Positions 50,781 to 64,000 of a DNA stretch of 64,000 bases are shown here, piece by piece. The first letter of the stretch is position 1, and each line of letters begins with the position of its first letter. The DNA lies in NCBI RefSeq assembly GCF_001194135.2, contig NC_068983.1, forward strand, positions 142,419,760 to 142,483,759. The letters are read 5' to 3'. The stretch is from Octopus bimaculoides. Taxonomy: Eukaryota. The notes beneath the pieces are model-generated. The model had not been told where the DNA came from. It made no database searches and saw only the letters and a program-made list of their open reading frames with translations. Made by a program: the position numbers and the translations under genes.

Positions 50781-51026
50781 AGTATACACACACACACAAA
50801 TTAAATTTAAATGTTGAAGTGAATCTAACGGTTTTTGTGTGTTTCTTAAATGGCTTATAAACACCTTCCACGCTGCAATTGTTTTCGTTCTAGCACACGA
50901 TCTCAGATCTGATCACTTGCTATGGAAGTACATCTCAGTAACGGAAGTTATAAATATATTCTTGAATAACGAATACATTTTTCGTATAATAAAACTACTT
51001 TACCAAGAAATATAACTAAAAGGTTT

Positions 51027-51240
51027 CTGTTGACCTGCACAAGCGGGGTTCCGTTTTCTCTCACTCACAATGTAATACCTAGAAAGACAAGGTGATTGTG
51101 GGTTTCCCATCTGGCTCTACATTTGCGCCATTTTCCATGGCTAACGTTGAAAACAAAGTCGTTCCTAAACATAGCTACACAATCTATGCCATTTATGTTG
51201 ATTACATAATCATTGTGACAAATACGGACGGAAAAATTTA
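51027..51240 (+). mobile_element. Penelope-like RT fragment (YVDD-type)
   Basis: LLTCTSGVPF..KDKVIVGFPSGSTFAPFSMANVENKV..IYAIYVDYIII resembles GV.MGSPLGP.FA.F.M...E...Y.RYVDDI. Confidence 0.7.
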
Positions 51241-51685
51241 TATATACATATTAATATTTAGCAAAAGTAACAGAGTGGCTGAAGGTCCGAGAGTTTGACT
51301 ATGAGTCACTGTTACTTCTGCTAAACATTAATAAAAAATATACTTATACTCATATTTTGAGTTCTATTTTACCTGTTTGCATCAACATTCCTATATAAAT
51401 GTAATCCACATACGTACACTCATACACATATTAGCATGAATGTGTGTGCGTGTGCGTGTGTGTGAGAGAGAGAGAAAGAGAGAGAGAGAGAGTATTTCAC
51501 AAGCGTACAGCGATAAACACTTTGTGAAAATATCTGTAGCAATACGTATTCGAAAAACATTTAGAAATAGAAACATATACATACATACTCAGACACATGC
51601 ATGTACAAATGCATGATTATCAAGAAATACACGTGCACACATACACAAAAAGCAGCTGCATTGTAAACTCACACACATACACACT

Positions 51686-51689
<4 letters not shown>

Positions 51690-51745
<56 letters not shown>

Positions 51746-51761
51746 GAGAGAGATAGATAGG

Positions 51762-51829
<68 letters not shown>

Positions 51830-51835
51830 CAGATA
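51690..51835. repeat. (GACA)n(GATA)n microsatellite
   Basis: Directly visible. Confidence 0.97.
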
Positions 51836-52489
51836 TATCTAGGAGCTATATATATTTATATATCTTTTATACACATTAATAGATGTACATATACTCAGAT
51901 CTATAAGGTGGAGATACACAAGTAAACACAATTATTTATGTACGCAAAAGCATATGCAAATATGTGCAGAAACCAATATATTTGTTAGTCTCTTGCTATT
52001 AGAGTGTGACTGTGACCATATTTTTGGCGAAACTCGACAATTGATTTCTCACTTAGTTACGAGATCATACATCTATGTGGAATGGAAGGAAAATAATGTT
52101 ACGTTAATGTTTTTGTGAAGAGCACTAATGACGTAAATGCATGGAAATGGATCAATTCTCTCTCATAGTCTCTTGAGCTTACTTCTTGAGCTTTAGCTCT
52201 TGTTCTAAGGTATTCCACAACTCAAGTGTTGTATTTTTGTTTTAGTGTTGGTTACTTGAACACACAATGAAATAGTTGTAATCAATTAATTCAATATCCG
52301 TAAAGTAACCAAATACTTACTATATCGAAATTCATAAAGTATTAAGTCCGATGAGATCTGAACATGGAAATGAAAAAAGTGATATTAAAAGCTATTTACA
52401 CACACCATTCTTTTTTATGTAGATTTTGTTATAGCTTTATATAAATTATAGATATTTTCATGAAAATTTTCGTTATAAGTGTGGTGGAT

Positions 52490-53010
52490 TGACCGAATCG
52501 ATAGAGCGTCGAAAAAATACAGTGCGGCATTTTTTCCGGCTCATTATAACATTCTGGGTTCAAATCTCGCCAAGGTCAACTCTGCCTCTCATCCTTTTGG
52601 AATCGATAAAATGAAGTTCCAGTTCAGTGCAGGGATCTAACTGCCTGTCTTCATAATTACTGGCTTTGTGTCTAAATCAAAAACCATTATTTTTCTACCA
52701 GACAACGAGGAGCTTCTATGTGATAGCTCAAACTCCTCGAAATAGAAACGTACATACATACATACATACATGTGGGTGTGGATGTTAGGGTGTGAATGTT
52801 TAAAATTTTGAAACAAAGCCAGCGATTTCGGGGGAGGAGGTAAGTCGATTACATTGACCACAATGCTTAACTGATATTTATTTCATCGACCCCGAAAGGA
52901 TGAAAGGCAAAATCAACCTCGGCGGAATTTGATCTCAGAAAGTAAAAGACGGATGAAATACCGCTAAGCATTTTGCCAGGCGTGCTAATGACTCTGCCTG
53001 CTCGTCACCT
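52490..53010. mobile_element. Tail-to-tail inverted pair of SINE family B copies (52490-52700 +, 52820-53010 -)
   Basis: First copy: ttctgggttcaaatctcgccaaggtcaactctgcctctcatccttt. Second copy: gaaaggatgaaaggcaaaatcaacctcggcggaatttga. Confidence 0.8.
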
Positions 53011-55276
53011 TATTGCAGTTTAATATTGATGTTTATGATTATCTTGCACATAGAGCCGTAGCCATAGCCGTATGATTAAGAAGCTCGCTTCACAACCACG
53101 TGGCTTTAGTGAAATGACAAGTAAAATATACTCGACCTCGAATCAAAATCATTGGGCAGTGAGCAGGAGGGGGAGCAGATCTCTTCATCTTCCTACAGTC
53201 GTCTCACAGTTTGCATATAAAAGTCGAAAGAATATCTCAGTCGTACAAATAAGAACTATGAGATAAGGATGGTCGAGTGAGCAAATGTTTGACAATCAGA
53301 TTAACTTGAAATCGTGTCGTGGGGATCATTAGAATTTCAACGTGATCAAGAGTTGATGGGAGCATGATTGAATTCCGAATTCAGCCTGATCAAGCCCGCA
53401 AGGTAGGTGATCTACATCACATAAGTGAATGTCAACGAAACTAAGCTGTCATATTTGCGTATCACATTCTGAAATGTCAAAGGCGGTCCTTATCAGAGTA
53501 TCAAAGTAATTAAACTGAAAACTAGGCTCAGGATCGTCCCTGTTTAGAATATTGCTGACACATAAAATAAATAATGCGTTTAACGTTACCAGTAATGAGA
53601 TTTACCCAAATTTATCAGGACTTGATGGTAAAACAGCAAACATGTATCTTAAAGAACGGAGCAGAGAACAGCCAAAGAGAGGGGAAAAGGTTCTACATAA
53701 AGGCATGCCTTGCTAGAAATAACAACAAAATCTCCAACAAATCACAAGAAGAGAAGTAATTTAAAGTAGTGTTTCATAAATTGTACATTAAATCTACATG
53801 GGACGATTACATCTTGGAAACTATCACTAATTCACTATTCACACCAAGGCTTCTTTAGGGTTAAACAACAATTACTGAAAATAAATGCAATGGATACATT
53901 AGTTGAACAAAATAGGTTCTTAATATTCGCTTCCTTTCTAATAATTATAACCCGACTGATATATACATTTTTTCTCCCCCCAATCCTCCCCGATTCTTCT
54001 CTTCCTTTCACCGTTCCCTCTCTCACTCCTCCTCATTGACCCTCTCGTCGCTGATACGTGACGAAAGGGATTCTTTCTTTCTATTTCCTGCCTTCCTATA
54101 GAGAAGACGCAAATTTTTTCACTCTCTAACTAGCGTTCAAAATAATTTTTCTATCGTCTTGGCCTAACCGCCCTTACCGTTTGTTTTCACTGTTTTGACT
54201 TGTTTTTACTGTCTTGTTCTCACTCTCCTGTTCTTGTTTGCACTTTCACCCTCCACAAGAGTTTCCAAATTTTTATTAATTTGCTTGCGGGAAGGACTGC
54301 TCCAACGAAGTCGCGTATTGTCCTTGCCTTCGAAACGTGGAGTAGATGGAGCAGGGACAACTGAAGAAGGGTAATATTCTTTATGTTGCATGTCTCGTTT
54401 CTCTGTTAGTGTTTTTCGTTGTTCAAAAAAAGTTCGTTTTCTGTCTTCGTCTTTATGCTTTCGTTTCCCATTGTGTTTAACGTCTTTTGTGATGTCCTGT
54501 ACCCATATATGCTTGTATGTATACATTTAGATGTCGATATGTACATATATGTATGGATATATGCATATAATTATATATTATTTATGTTATCATATATATA
54601 TATATATATATATATANNNNNNNNNNNNNNNNNNNNNNNNNNNNNNNNNNNNNNNNNNNNNNNNNNNNNNNNNNNNNNNNNNNNNNNNNNNNNNNNNNNN
54701 NNNNNNNNNNNNNNNNNNNNNNNNNNNNNNNNNNNNNNNNNNNNNNNNNNNNNNNNNNNNNNNNNNNNNNNNNNNNNNNNNNNNNNNNNNNNNNNNNNNN
54801 NNNNNNNNNNNNNNNNNNNNNNNNNNNNNNNNNNNNNNNNNNNNNNNNNNNNNNNNNNNNNNNNNNNNNNNNNNNNNNNNNNNNNNNNNNNNNNNNNNNN
54901 NNNNNNNNNNNNNNNNNNNNNNNNNNNNNNNNNNNNNNNNNNNNNNNNNNNNNNNNNNNNNNNNNNNNNTGAAATAGAAATAGATTTGTTATAAAACTGG
55001 ATTCAATGCATACGTACATTTCGATAAACGATGCAAAAAATTTAAGAAAAAATTTACATCATAGTGATTAAGTGTATAATTGAAAATAAACAATTAAAAT
55101 ATCAAAATTAAGAATAAAAATGAAAATAAAATTTAAAATTTAATTTGTACTTTGCCATTCTCTTCAGTGAAGAATCTTTTGAGGGACATCAAAAAAGTTT
55201 AATAACATGAAGTAGAATGAGATAAAAATAAAATAAAATGAAAATAAAATAAGATACAATAAGAGAACACAGATGG

Positions 55277-55398
55277 GGGAAATCTGGTAATTTACAAATT
55301 AGGGAAATCTGGTAATTTACAAATAAGGGAAAACTGGTAATTTACAAATAAGGGAAATCTGGTAATTTACAAATAAGAGAAATCTGGTAATTTACAAA
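55277..55398. repeat. 25-bp minisatellite x~5 (GGGAAATCTGGTAATTTACAAATAA)
   Basis: Units start at 55277, 55302, 55327, 55352 and 55377, each with 0-1 mismatch. Confidence 0.97.
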
Positions 55399-55611
55399 CC
55401 AAGTTGTGAACGGGAAAAATAATGATATCAACAATACTAATGGTGGGAGAAACGAAAAAGAAAAATGATATATATATCAACGTGTATGCAAGTGTATATG
55501 TGCATATGCCCTTGCATACACATTGATATATTTCCTCCTATTTCCTCGCAGATTACAAGACAAATTTCTTTTAGACATCTGGCAGAAAGATGATGAAAAG
55601 TCGAATCACAA

Positions 55612-55658
<47 letters not shown>

Positions 55659-57961
55659 TGTATGTTTGTATGTATCTATTGCAATATTATTTTTTAAAAC
55701 ATAAATTATGACGAAAATAGTAACAACTTCGATTAAAAAATGAAGTAAAAACATGATACAATCTGTACCATGAAAAGTAATGCAAATGGGGAAAATGAGC
55801 AAAAAATAATTTGTGAAATATACTGGCAGATGGCAACACATACTCTATATGTGACATTATTCTGACGATAGTAGACTGTTAGCGACGAAACAATGGGTTG
55901 AGTAGGGAAATTAGCGTAGACACATATACACATATACGCACACATACTTGCACATGCATTTGCATTATATGCATACACTCATAAACACTCGAAATGTTAG
56001 ATATGACCTCTTCCTCACGGCAAACTAATTTTTTCTACTTTTCAACTGCTTATATCCACTAATTATCATAATCATAACAGACCATTATTAATTCCCTCTC
56101 ATCCTTCTATTTATTTCTTGAATGAGATGCATGTCTATTGTAGTTAAGAAATTAAAATCGAGAAAACTGAGTGGAAACTGCATTCCAGAAGTTGAACAAA
56201 AGTTCATAAATAGAGCCATTGTATTATGAACGATCAGAGAGCAATAAAATAGTAGGGGCACCGGTTGTTCTGTTGGGACTGGTTAAACATGGTACATATT
56301 TACATATACTTATTTACATATATTATTTGATGCGGTTATTTTTAGCATTTCACTAAAATCTCTCGAAACATTTACAATGCAGCATTTGGTTGCAGTGTTC
56401 ATTTATGGTACTTTGAGGTACCTTATTAATGTCTGGTGACTGGGCCATCGAGGGATAAATATCTTGACCATAGACAGCGTTGCATTGATAAAATGAGACG
56501 TAAATTCTTAAATCATGAAAATAATATACGAATTTCTTTTCAGTTAATCATACATCAGCCTTCAAATAAGAAGACTTAATCAATTACAATTTATTCTTAT
56601 GAGGATCGCTAAAAAATCAACCACGATGACTCGATTGGTACACTGTTATCGATCTGTGAAGGCTAAAAACCCTAACTGAGCTCAACATGATTTGAACTCA
56701 GAACGTAATGTGACTAAATAAATAAAGGCAATTTGTCAAGCTTTTTACTTACTTTCTCTCTCATTTCATTGCCGATTGTAACTTCTGTAAGAGCGATAAC
56801 ACAGATTCCATCAAGGTCAACTTTTGAATCGTCAAAGAAATCTTAGAATAAAATTATCTAAAAATAAAATGGAACATGGATAAAACTGCCCCAGTTTTGG
56901 CTGATACGTAATGTAAAATCTGAACGTGTCACAATATAAGATATCATTTAACCTTGAAATATATTAAATGGTTAATGCGATGTACGCAAAAAAACACGCC
57001 ATTTTGTACGTTTATCTCAGCATAATATATATCCAGATTGTACTTATTCCTGTAATTTTGTTATTGTTGTTGTTTGTGGAGTTATTATTGTTATTGTTTA
57101 TGGAGTCATTATTACTGCTGTTATTGTTGTTACTGTTATTGTTTATGTAGTTCTTGCTGCTGCTGTTTTTCCAATTCTAATCTAATTACCATTGTTGTTT
57201 ATTAAATCAGGTATTTGGTTTCAAGTCTAACCCAGATATTTGAGGCTAACATCTTCAATAGATGCGTTCACATCATGGCTGGTAACTTAACTGGTTTCTC
57301 TTCCCGCTCACTTGTGCTTTCTATAACTTTATATTTCTGTCTCCTCTTTGCTTCTGCATCAATAACTATTTCTTTCATTCCGCGCTTTGTCCACAGTCAG
57401 CTTTCAGCTCAGCAATTTTTGGGAAATAAGGTATTTTCTAAACACATGTTATTACATGAATTACACATGTTATTATTTCTAAACATGTTATTACAGATTG
57501 CTTCATATTTTAGTAGACTGAAGGAAAAAAAGGGTTGGTATAGGTAACATTTTGTCCCCTTTCGTATTATTTCTGAAAAAGCTAAATTCACGAGTATACG
57601 GAACAAAAAGATTTGAATGTGACGTTTAAAATCGTTCCCAGTGCACAGTGTGTATGTGTATGCCTTTCAGAATCATATATGGATGGAAGATGTAAGCATC
57701 AGTGGCAAAATCGGTAAACTTGTGATTCATACCAAAATACTTGTGATATTTCTTCTGCCCGAGCTATACACTTGCCACCCTAAATGCAGTGAACCAGTGA
57801 TTGGCCCCTTCTTGGAAAGTTGTAACTAAAATGCGGTATAAATCAAAACTATGTGGTCAAGAAGTTGTTGGGAAATTGTTATTGATACTATTTCTGTTGT
57901 TGCAGTCTAATCAGTCTACTTAGTGAAATTTTTGCACTAATTTATATAATTTATATGTGAA

Positions 57962-58159
57962 GGCGGCGAGCTGGCAGAATCATTAGCAAGCCGGGCGAAA
58001 TGCTTAGCGGTATTTCGTCTGCTGTTACATTCTGAATTCAAATTCCGCCGAGGTCGACTTTGCCTTTCATCCTTTCGGGGACGATAAATTAAGTACCAGT
58101 TACACACTGGGCCTATGTAATCGACTTAATCCTTTTGTCTATCCTTGTTTGTCCCCTCT
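57962..58159 (+). mobile_element. tRNA-derived SINE family B, well-preserved copy
   Basis: ggcggcgagctggcagaatc (A-box-like) .. ttctgaattcaaattccgcc (B-box-like) .. ctttcatcctttcgggg.cgataaattaagtaccag. Confidence 0.9.
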
Positions 58160-58965
58160 NNNNNNNNNNNNNNNNNNNNNNNNNNNNNNNNNNNNNNNNN
58201 NNNNNNNNNNNNNNNNNNNNNNNNNNNNNNNNNNNNNNNNNNNNNNNNNNNNNNNNNNNNNNNNNNNNNNNNNNNNNNNNNNNNNNNNNNNNNNNNNNNN
58301 NNNNNNNNNNNNNNNNNNNNNNNNNNNNNNNNNNNNNNNNNNNNNNNNNNNNNNNNNNNNNNNNNNNNNNNNNNNNNNNNNNNNNNNNNNNNNNNNNNNN
58401 NNNNNNNNNNNNNNNNNNNNNNNNNNNNNNNNNNNNNNNNNNNNNNNNNNNNNNNNNNNNNNNNNNNNNNNNNNNNNNNNNNNNNNNNNNNNNNNNNNNN
58501 NNNNNNNNNNNNNNNNNNNNNNNNNNNNNNNNNNNNNNNNNNNNNNNNNNNNNNNNNNNNNNNNNNNNNNNNNNNNNNNNNNNNNNNNNNNNNNNNNNNN
58601 NNNNNNNNNNNNNNNNNNNNNNNNNNNNNNNNNNNNNNNNNNNNNNNNNNNNNNNNNNNNNNNNNNNNNNNNNNNNNNNNNNNNNNNNNNNNNNNNNNNN
58701 NNNNNNNNNNNNNNNNNNNNNNNNNNNNNNNNNNNNNNNNNNNNNNNNNNNNNNNNNNNNNNNNNNNNNNNNNNNNNNNNNNNNNNNNNNNNNNNNNNNN
58801 NNNNNNNNNNNNNNNNNNNNNNNNNNNNNNNNNNNNNNNNNNNNNNNNNNNNNNNNNNNNNNNNNNNNNNNNNNNNNNNNNNNNNNNNNNNNNNNNNNNN
58901 NNNNNNNNNNNNNNNNNNNNNNNNNNNNNNNNNNNNNNNNNNNNNNNNNNNNNNNNNNNNNNNNN

Positions 58966-59081
<116 letters not shown>

Positions 59082-59755
59082 GCAACAACGACAACGGAAA
59101 CAACCATACCATTGTATTTAAAATAGCGCTCACTTCTACTTGCCATATACTCAATGAATCACATTCATTGAAGAGCTAAAATAACAAAACAAAATGCAAA
59201 AGTACAAAATATGTTCTGAGTCGGTAATCATTCATAAAAGCTTCGCCCGACCTTCCATTGATGAGATTACAAACGTTTCAGACAAACAAAGGCCTTCTCA
59301 TTCTTGTTTTGTTTTGTTTTATTTTTTCATTTTGCTCTGTTTTGTCTTCCATTTTTTTAATCAATTCATTTTTTAAAAAATTTATGGTGTGGAATTTAAT
59401 GAAGAACTTATTACATAGTCTTGCGTATGAATACATGCATGCATAGTGTGTACTGAATGTACGGTCGTAATAATGACTTGAGCTCATGAATCCTATAAGT
59501 CACATGTGTTATATATTGTTGGAAGGAATGGGAAGAAAAGGAATAATAAGATTAAATATAAGTGCATTCACAAAAATTAGGCACACACGCTTTATATTCA
59601 TGTCTATGCACACGCGCGTACGCGCACACACATACAGGGTGTTCATGAATTATCTTTACAATAGAGATTGTATGTATGTATATATATATATATATATATA
59701 TACACACGCATATATATATATATACACATATGTATGTATATATAAATATATACAC

Positions 59756-59793
<38 letters not shown>

Positions 59794-61019
59794 NNNNNNN
59801 NNNNNNNNNNNNNNNNNNNNNNNNNNNNNNNNNNNNNNNNNNNNNNNNNNNNNNNNNNNNNNNNNNNNNNNNNNNNNNNNNNNNNNNNNNNNNNNNNNNN
59901 NNNNNNNNNNNNNNNNNNNNNNNNNNNNNNNNNNNNNNNNNNNNNNNNNNNNNNNNNNNNNNNNNNNNNNNNNNNNNNNNNNNNNNNNNNNNNNNNNNNN
60001 NNNNNNNNNNNNNNNNNNNNNNNNNNNNNNNNNNNNNNNNNNNNNNNNNNNNNNNNNNNNNNNNNNNNNNNNNNNNNNNNNNNNNNNNNNNNNNNNNNNN
60101 NNNNNNNNNNNNNNNNNNNNNNNNNNNNNNNNNNNNNNNNNNNNNNNNNNNNNNNNNNNNNNNNNNNNNNNNNNNNNNNNNNNNNNNNNNNNNNNNNNNN
60201 NNNNNNNNNNNNNNNNNNNNNNNNNNNNNNNNNNNNNNNNNNNNNNNNNNNNNNNNNNNNNNNNNNNNNNNNNNNNNNNNNNNNNNNNNNNNNNNNNNNN
60301 NNNNNNNNNNNNNNNNNNNNNNNNNNNNNNNNNNNNNNNNNNNNNNNNNNNNNNNNNNNNNNNNNNNNNNNNNNNNNNNNNNNNNNNNNNNNNNNNNNNN
60401 NNNNNNNNNNNNNNNNNNNNNNNNNNNNNNNNNNNNNNNNNNNNNNNNNNNNNNNNNNNNNNNNNNNNNNNNNNNNNNNNNNNNNNNNNNNNNNNNNNNN
60501 NNNNNNNNNNNNNNNNNNNNNNNNNNNNNNNNNNNNNNNNNNNNNNNNNNNNNNNNNNNNNNNNNNNNNNNNNNNNNNNNNNNNNNNNNNNNNNNNNNNN
60601 NNNNNNNNNNNNNNNNNNNNNNNNNNNNNNNNNNNNNNNNNNNNNNNNNNNNNNNNNNNNNNNNNAAATGTATTCAATGAGAATATTATATACTGAATTT
60701 ATATTGAGTGCTCTATTGTATCAAAGTATTAATACTATTAAAGTATTTATGTATTTAACACGAGCGATTGTATATATATTTTATAATATATTATTATTAA
60801 TATCAGGAAATCAATATTAGAAAATTCATCAGAAAGATATATACATGTGTAGAGTAATTGTAGTATTAAAACTATATGTAAAAATATATGTAAATATGTA
60901 TAAGTATAAATATATAATATAAAATAATAAATATATCAGTTTAAGATTTTTGAATTAGGTTTTAAATTATCTTACGATCGTTTCACAAAAGCGCTGTCCT
61001 AATAATGGAATCCTATATT

Positions 61020-62045
61020 GATAAGCATTTATAGACAACTCTTCAGAGATATATTTAATTTATTTGATATTACAATGGGATCGTCCGATTCGGCACAAAT
61101 CACAGATCTAGTAGGATTATATTTATTATATGAGACTAAACACTACTTCCCATATTTGAAGGGAGCATTGTACAGAGACGACGCACTACTACTCTATAGC
61201 AGTAGATCCAAAAGAAAAATAGGAAAAATAAGAGAGGAATTACAAAAATTTTATAAAAATTTTGGTTTATCTATCACATTTGAAGAAAGTTATTCTAAAG
61301 CAAATTTTTTAGACGTAACCTTAGACCTGAATAATTCAATCTACTCTTCATTTCATAAACTTAATGAATATCTAAAATATATAAATATTAATTCAAATCA
61401 TCATAGATCATTACTTAAAAGTATCGTAAATAGTATATCTGCTAGAATATCTGACCTATCTTATAATGAAGAAATCTTTAATAATCATGCCAACTATTAT
61501 AACCAAGCTTTAACTTCTAGTGGATTTAAACAAAATATATTAAATACATAAAGGATGCTAAACTAAAAATTTACATAACACAAATGGAATTAAATAAAAC
61601 CACATGTGAAACTAAAATAGGAAATAAAGATAACCTTAAATATAACAATAATACACAACTAATACAAAATGACGAAACTCCTACACAATACAATAAAAAA
61701 CCTGGAAAAAATAAAGATAGGCAAACAACTAAATATAATAATAACAATAAATACTCAGTGAAAAACATACAAATACCAAAACCAATATATAAACGTAATA
61801 AACAACCTAATAGGAGCGGAAAGAGAGAAATTATTTGGTACACACCTCCATTTTCATTAGGTTTAGCAAAAAAGTTCTTAAATATAGTTAAAAATAATTT
61901 TCCAAGGAATCACAAATATCACCACATATTTAATAGATCAACAATTAAAATATCTTTCTCTACAACACCAAACATAGGATCAATTATCGCCTGTTCTAAT
62001 AAAAGAAAAATTAACAAATATAAAAACAGTTGTAATAATGATAAC

Positions 62046-62119
<74 letters not shown>

Positions 62120-62545
62120 GATAAGCAGTAACAATAGGAATATATGTAATACACAAAATACTGGGACACCTAATAATAATAATATAACAAAACCCCAGCA
62201 AAATTCTAAATAGCATACATTCGAAAATATACAAAAAGCCTTAGATAACACAATACCACAAACCAATAAAAATAATAATAATAATAATTCACAAATAACA
62301 AATGTATCTAATTCTGCGAGAAATAATACTACAATAAATTCAATAATAATACCAAACACCACAAATAATCATATCAATAGTAGACAATATTCATCTGAAC
62401 AGAAATATAAAAAATAAAAAATTATGCCCTTTAAAAGCAACTATAGAAGATTTAATGTAATATATAAATGCATAGCTACAATAATTTATAATGCACGTAG
62501 TATAGTATATATAGGTAGTTCAGTAAATTTCCGTAAGTGACTAAG
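61020..62545 (+). mobile_element. Penelope-like element: RT (YRDD), thumb/linker and start of GIY-YIG endonuclease; disrupted
   Basis: FDITMGSSDSAQITDLVGLYLL..ALYRDDAL..NFLDVTLDL..YININSNH; KREIIWYTPPFS..NFPRNHKYHHIFNRSTIKISFSTTPNIGSII; KLCPLK / NVIYKC..IVYIGSSVNFRK* at ~62420-62540. Confidence 0.9.
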
Positions 62546-62689
62546 CTTGTACGCATACACACGCACACGTATGTGTGTGTGTGGAAATATTTTGCAGTAA
62601 AATATGTTTAACAGTGTAAGTTGGGCACACTCACATACATACATACATACATACATACATACATACAACCATTTGGCGAATATACTGAT

Positions 62690-63125
62690 GACGGGCGATT
62701 TTGAGCTCTCATATGACTTGCTCTGAAGTTAGGTAACTGCACTACACCATACAAAGCATCACCAGAATTACTGTTTAATTTAATGGATGAATTTTCCCAA
62801 ACCAAATGAATTTCTCCTAACTTGTGCTTGAACCAAGACAAGACAAGACGATCCTGGACCTGATATTAACAAACTACTCCAGCTCCATCCATAGCATTTC
62901 GGTTGAAAAATCTCTTCTCTGTACTTACGACATGGTACTCTGCAATCTTAGTTTCCGGCATGCCAAAACCAAACCAGTCACTCTCACCTCAATGCACTTG
63001 TTCGACATCAAATTTCACAAAGCAGGCTGGGGAATAATTAGAAAAGATCTGTCACATATCGACTGGTCCTTCACTCACAGTTGCTCTGGCATTGAAACAA
63101 TATATCACTCTTTAACTTCCCAGTA
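62690..63125 (+). mobile_element. CR1-type LINE AP-endonuclease C-terminal fragment
   Basis: ILMTGDF..MDEF..RQDKTILDLILTN..YDMVLCNL..FHKAGW..IRKDLSHIDW. Confidence 0.7.
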
Positions 63126-63199
63126 CCCATGCCTTTTGTGTTCAAGTAGATGTTTATTGATATACATACAATTCTAAAAAGTTAAATTAAATTCAGGAA

Positions 63200-63600
63200 A
63201 ATAAATTGTTGTAGAAACGACTGTTTATTATCATCTAGAATTATTTAATGTTCTCTCTCTTTCCTGCGTGTTCCCTAATGTTCAAACTGCCTTCCTTCAT
63301 TTTCCAAACAAAGCTGAAAACGTCCAACAATGGATTCGACAACATTGTCGAACATTTCATTTGGAATTGCAAGACATTGTATTCGAATTTCACTTTTCAA
63401 ATCATCAATTGTTACTGGTTTTGCAGCGTAAACCTTATCTTTGAGATGTCCCCATAAAAAAAAATCCATTGGTGTGAAATCTGGGGAACGTGCAGGAAAT
63501 TCAACGCTACCTCTCCTCCCAATCCATTTGTTTGGATTTGTTGCATCGAGGTAAGCCCGTACATCACAAAAACAATACATTAGTAATCGTCTGTCAAAGA
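63200..63600 (-). mobile_element. IS630-Tc1-mariner transposase C-terminal remnant (rosa/Tc3-like WIGRRG..PARSPD type)
   Basis: ORF 63275-63580: NKWIGRRGSVEFPARSPDFTPMDFFLWGHLKDKVYAAKP.TIDDLK..GRQFEH. Confidence 0.88.
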
Positions 63601-64000
63601 GTACATCTGTATGTGTTTATATACCACGGTTGAAATGCCCCCAATACACTTTATTTCCCTTTTCTTGTGAACATTTTCTAATTATTCATTCTTTAAGGTC
63701 TTATATGTTCTAATTACCCTTTCCGCCTCCTTAACCCTTTCATCATCTAAATAAGTGTATGTACCAATATAATAGATAAGTTCGTATACTTAAGTTGTAA
63801 ATCGCCGAGACTGACCAGTCACCACAAGAATATCATATTTCAAGTTTACTCTAGCCTGACGCCACTTATTTACGACCCACCACTGACGTAGGCAGACACA
63901 GCTCATATATATCTATCACTTACGACCTTTAAGATCTCTGTATCTATATCTACTTATCTTCTTCTTCTACATTTAGACTTTTCCTCACCACCCTTAATCA

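Noticed and set aside
54325-54375. CCTTCGAAACGT ... CTGAAGAAGGG as a permuted (type II) hammerhead
   Set aside because: The cleavage position would be G and stem II pairing is poor.
55277-55398. CRISPR array interpretation of the 25-bp repeat (also 3308-3364 and 44945-45016)
   Set aside because: Head-to-tail repeats without unique spacers, no cas genes, eukaryotic context.
57215-57547. Possible exon (minus strand GMKEIVIDAEAKRRQKYKVIEST..)
   Set aside because: No recognisable domain, nearby stops and no convincing splice-site pair.
57962-58060. tRNA gene calls for SINE heads (also 10130, 22400-22500, 27510-27590, 49260-49333)
   Set aside because: Only A/B-box-like remnants fused to SINE bodies; no complete cloverleaf is evident.
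62684-62715. CTGATGACGGG.. motif
   Set aside because: No GAAA; explained as coding sequence of the CR1 endonuclease (ILMTGDF).

Overview
AT-rich, gap-ridden (over 20 N blocks, mostly flanked by microsatellites) animal genomic DNA with no intact host gene that I can support. The repeat complement (TATG/TA/CA/GA/GATA/trinucleotide microsatellites, two abundant tRNA-derived SINE families) strongly suggests a coleoid cephalopod, probably Octopus; this is inferred from recalled repeat style, not a search. The window is a transposon graveyard: Tc1/mariner copies (one full-length 1256-bp Tc1 with TIRs and TA TSD), hAT/Charlie, Chapaev3-like and Helitron remnants, CR1-type LINEs, RLE-type LINEs (R4/Dong-like, HERO-like), several Penelope-like (PLE) remnants and MITEs. 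Almost all ORFs in the supplied track are microsatellite or N-gap artefacts. Best leads: (1) a minimal type I hammerhead-ribozyme-like motif at 2616-2654 (-) in a PLE-like 3' segment, plus a second more divergent motif family embedded in (CATA)n; (2) an R4/Dong-like LINE ending in a (TACA)n array; (3) two inverted duplications that include unique flanks; (4) nested hAT/Merlin MITEs with intact TSDs. All alignments and translations were done by eye; coordinates of degraded elements are approximate.
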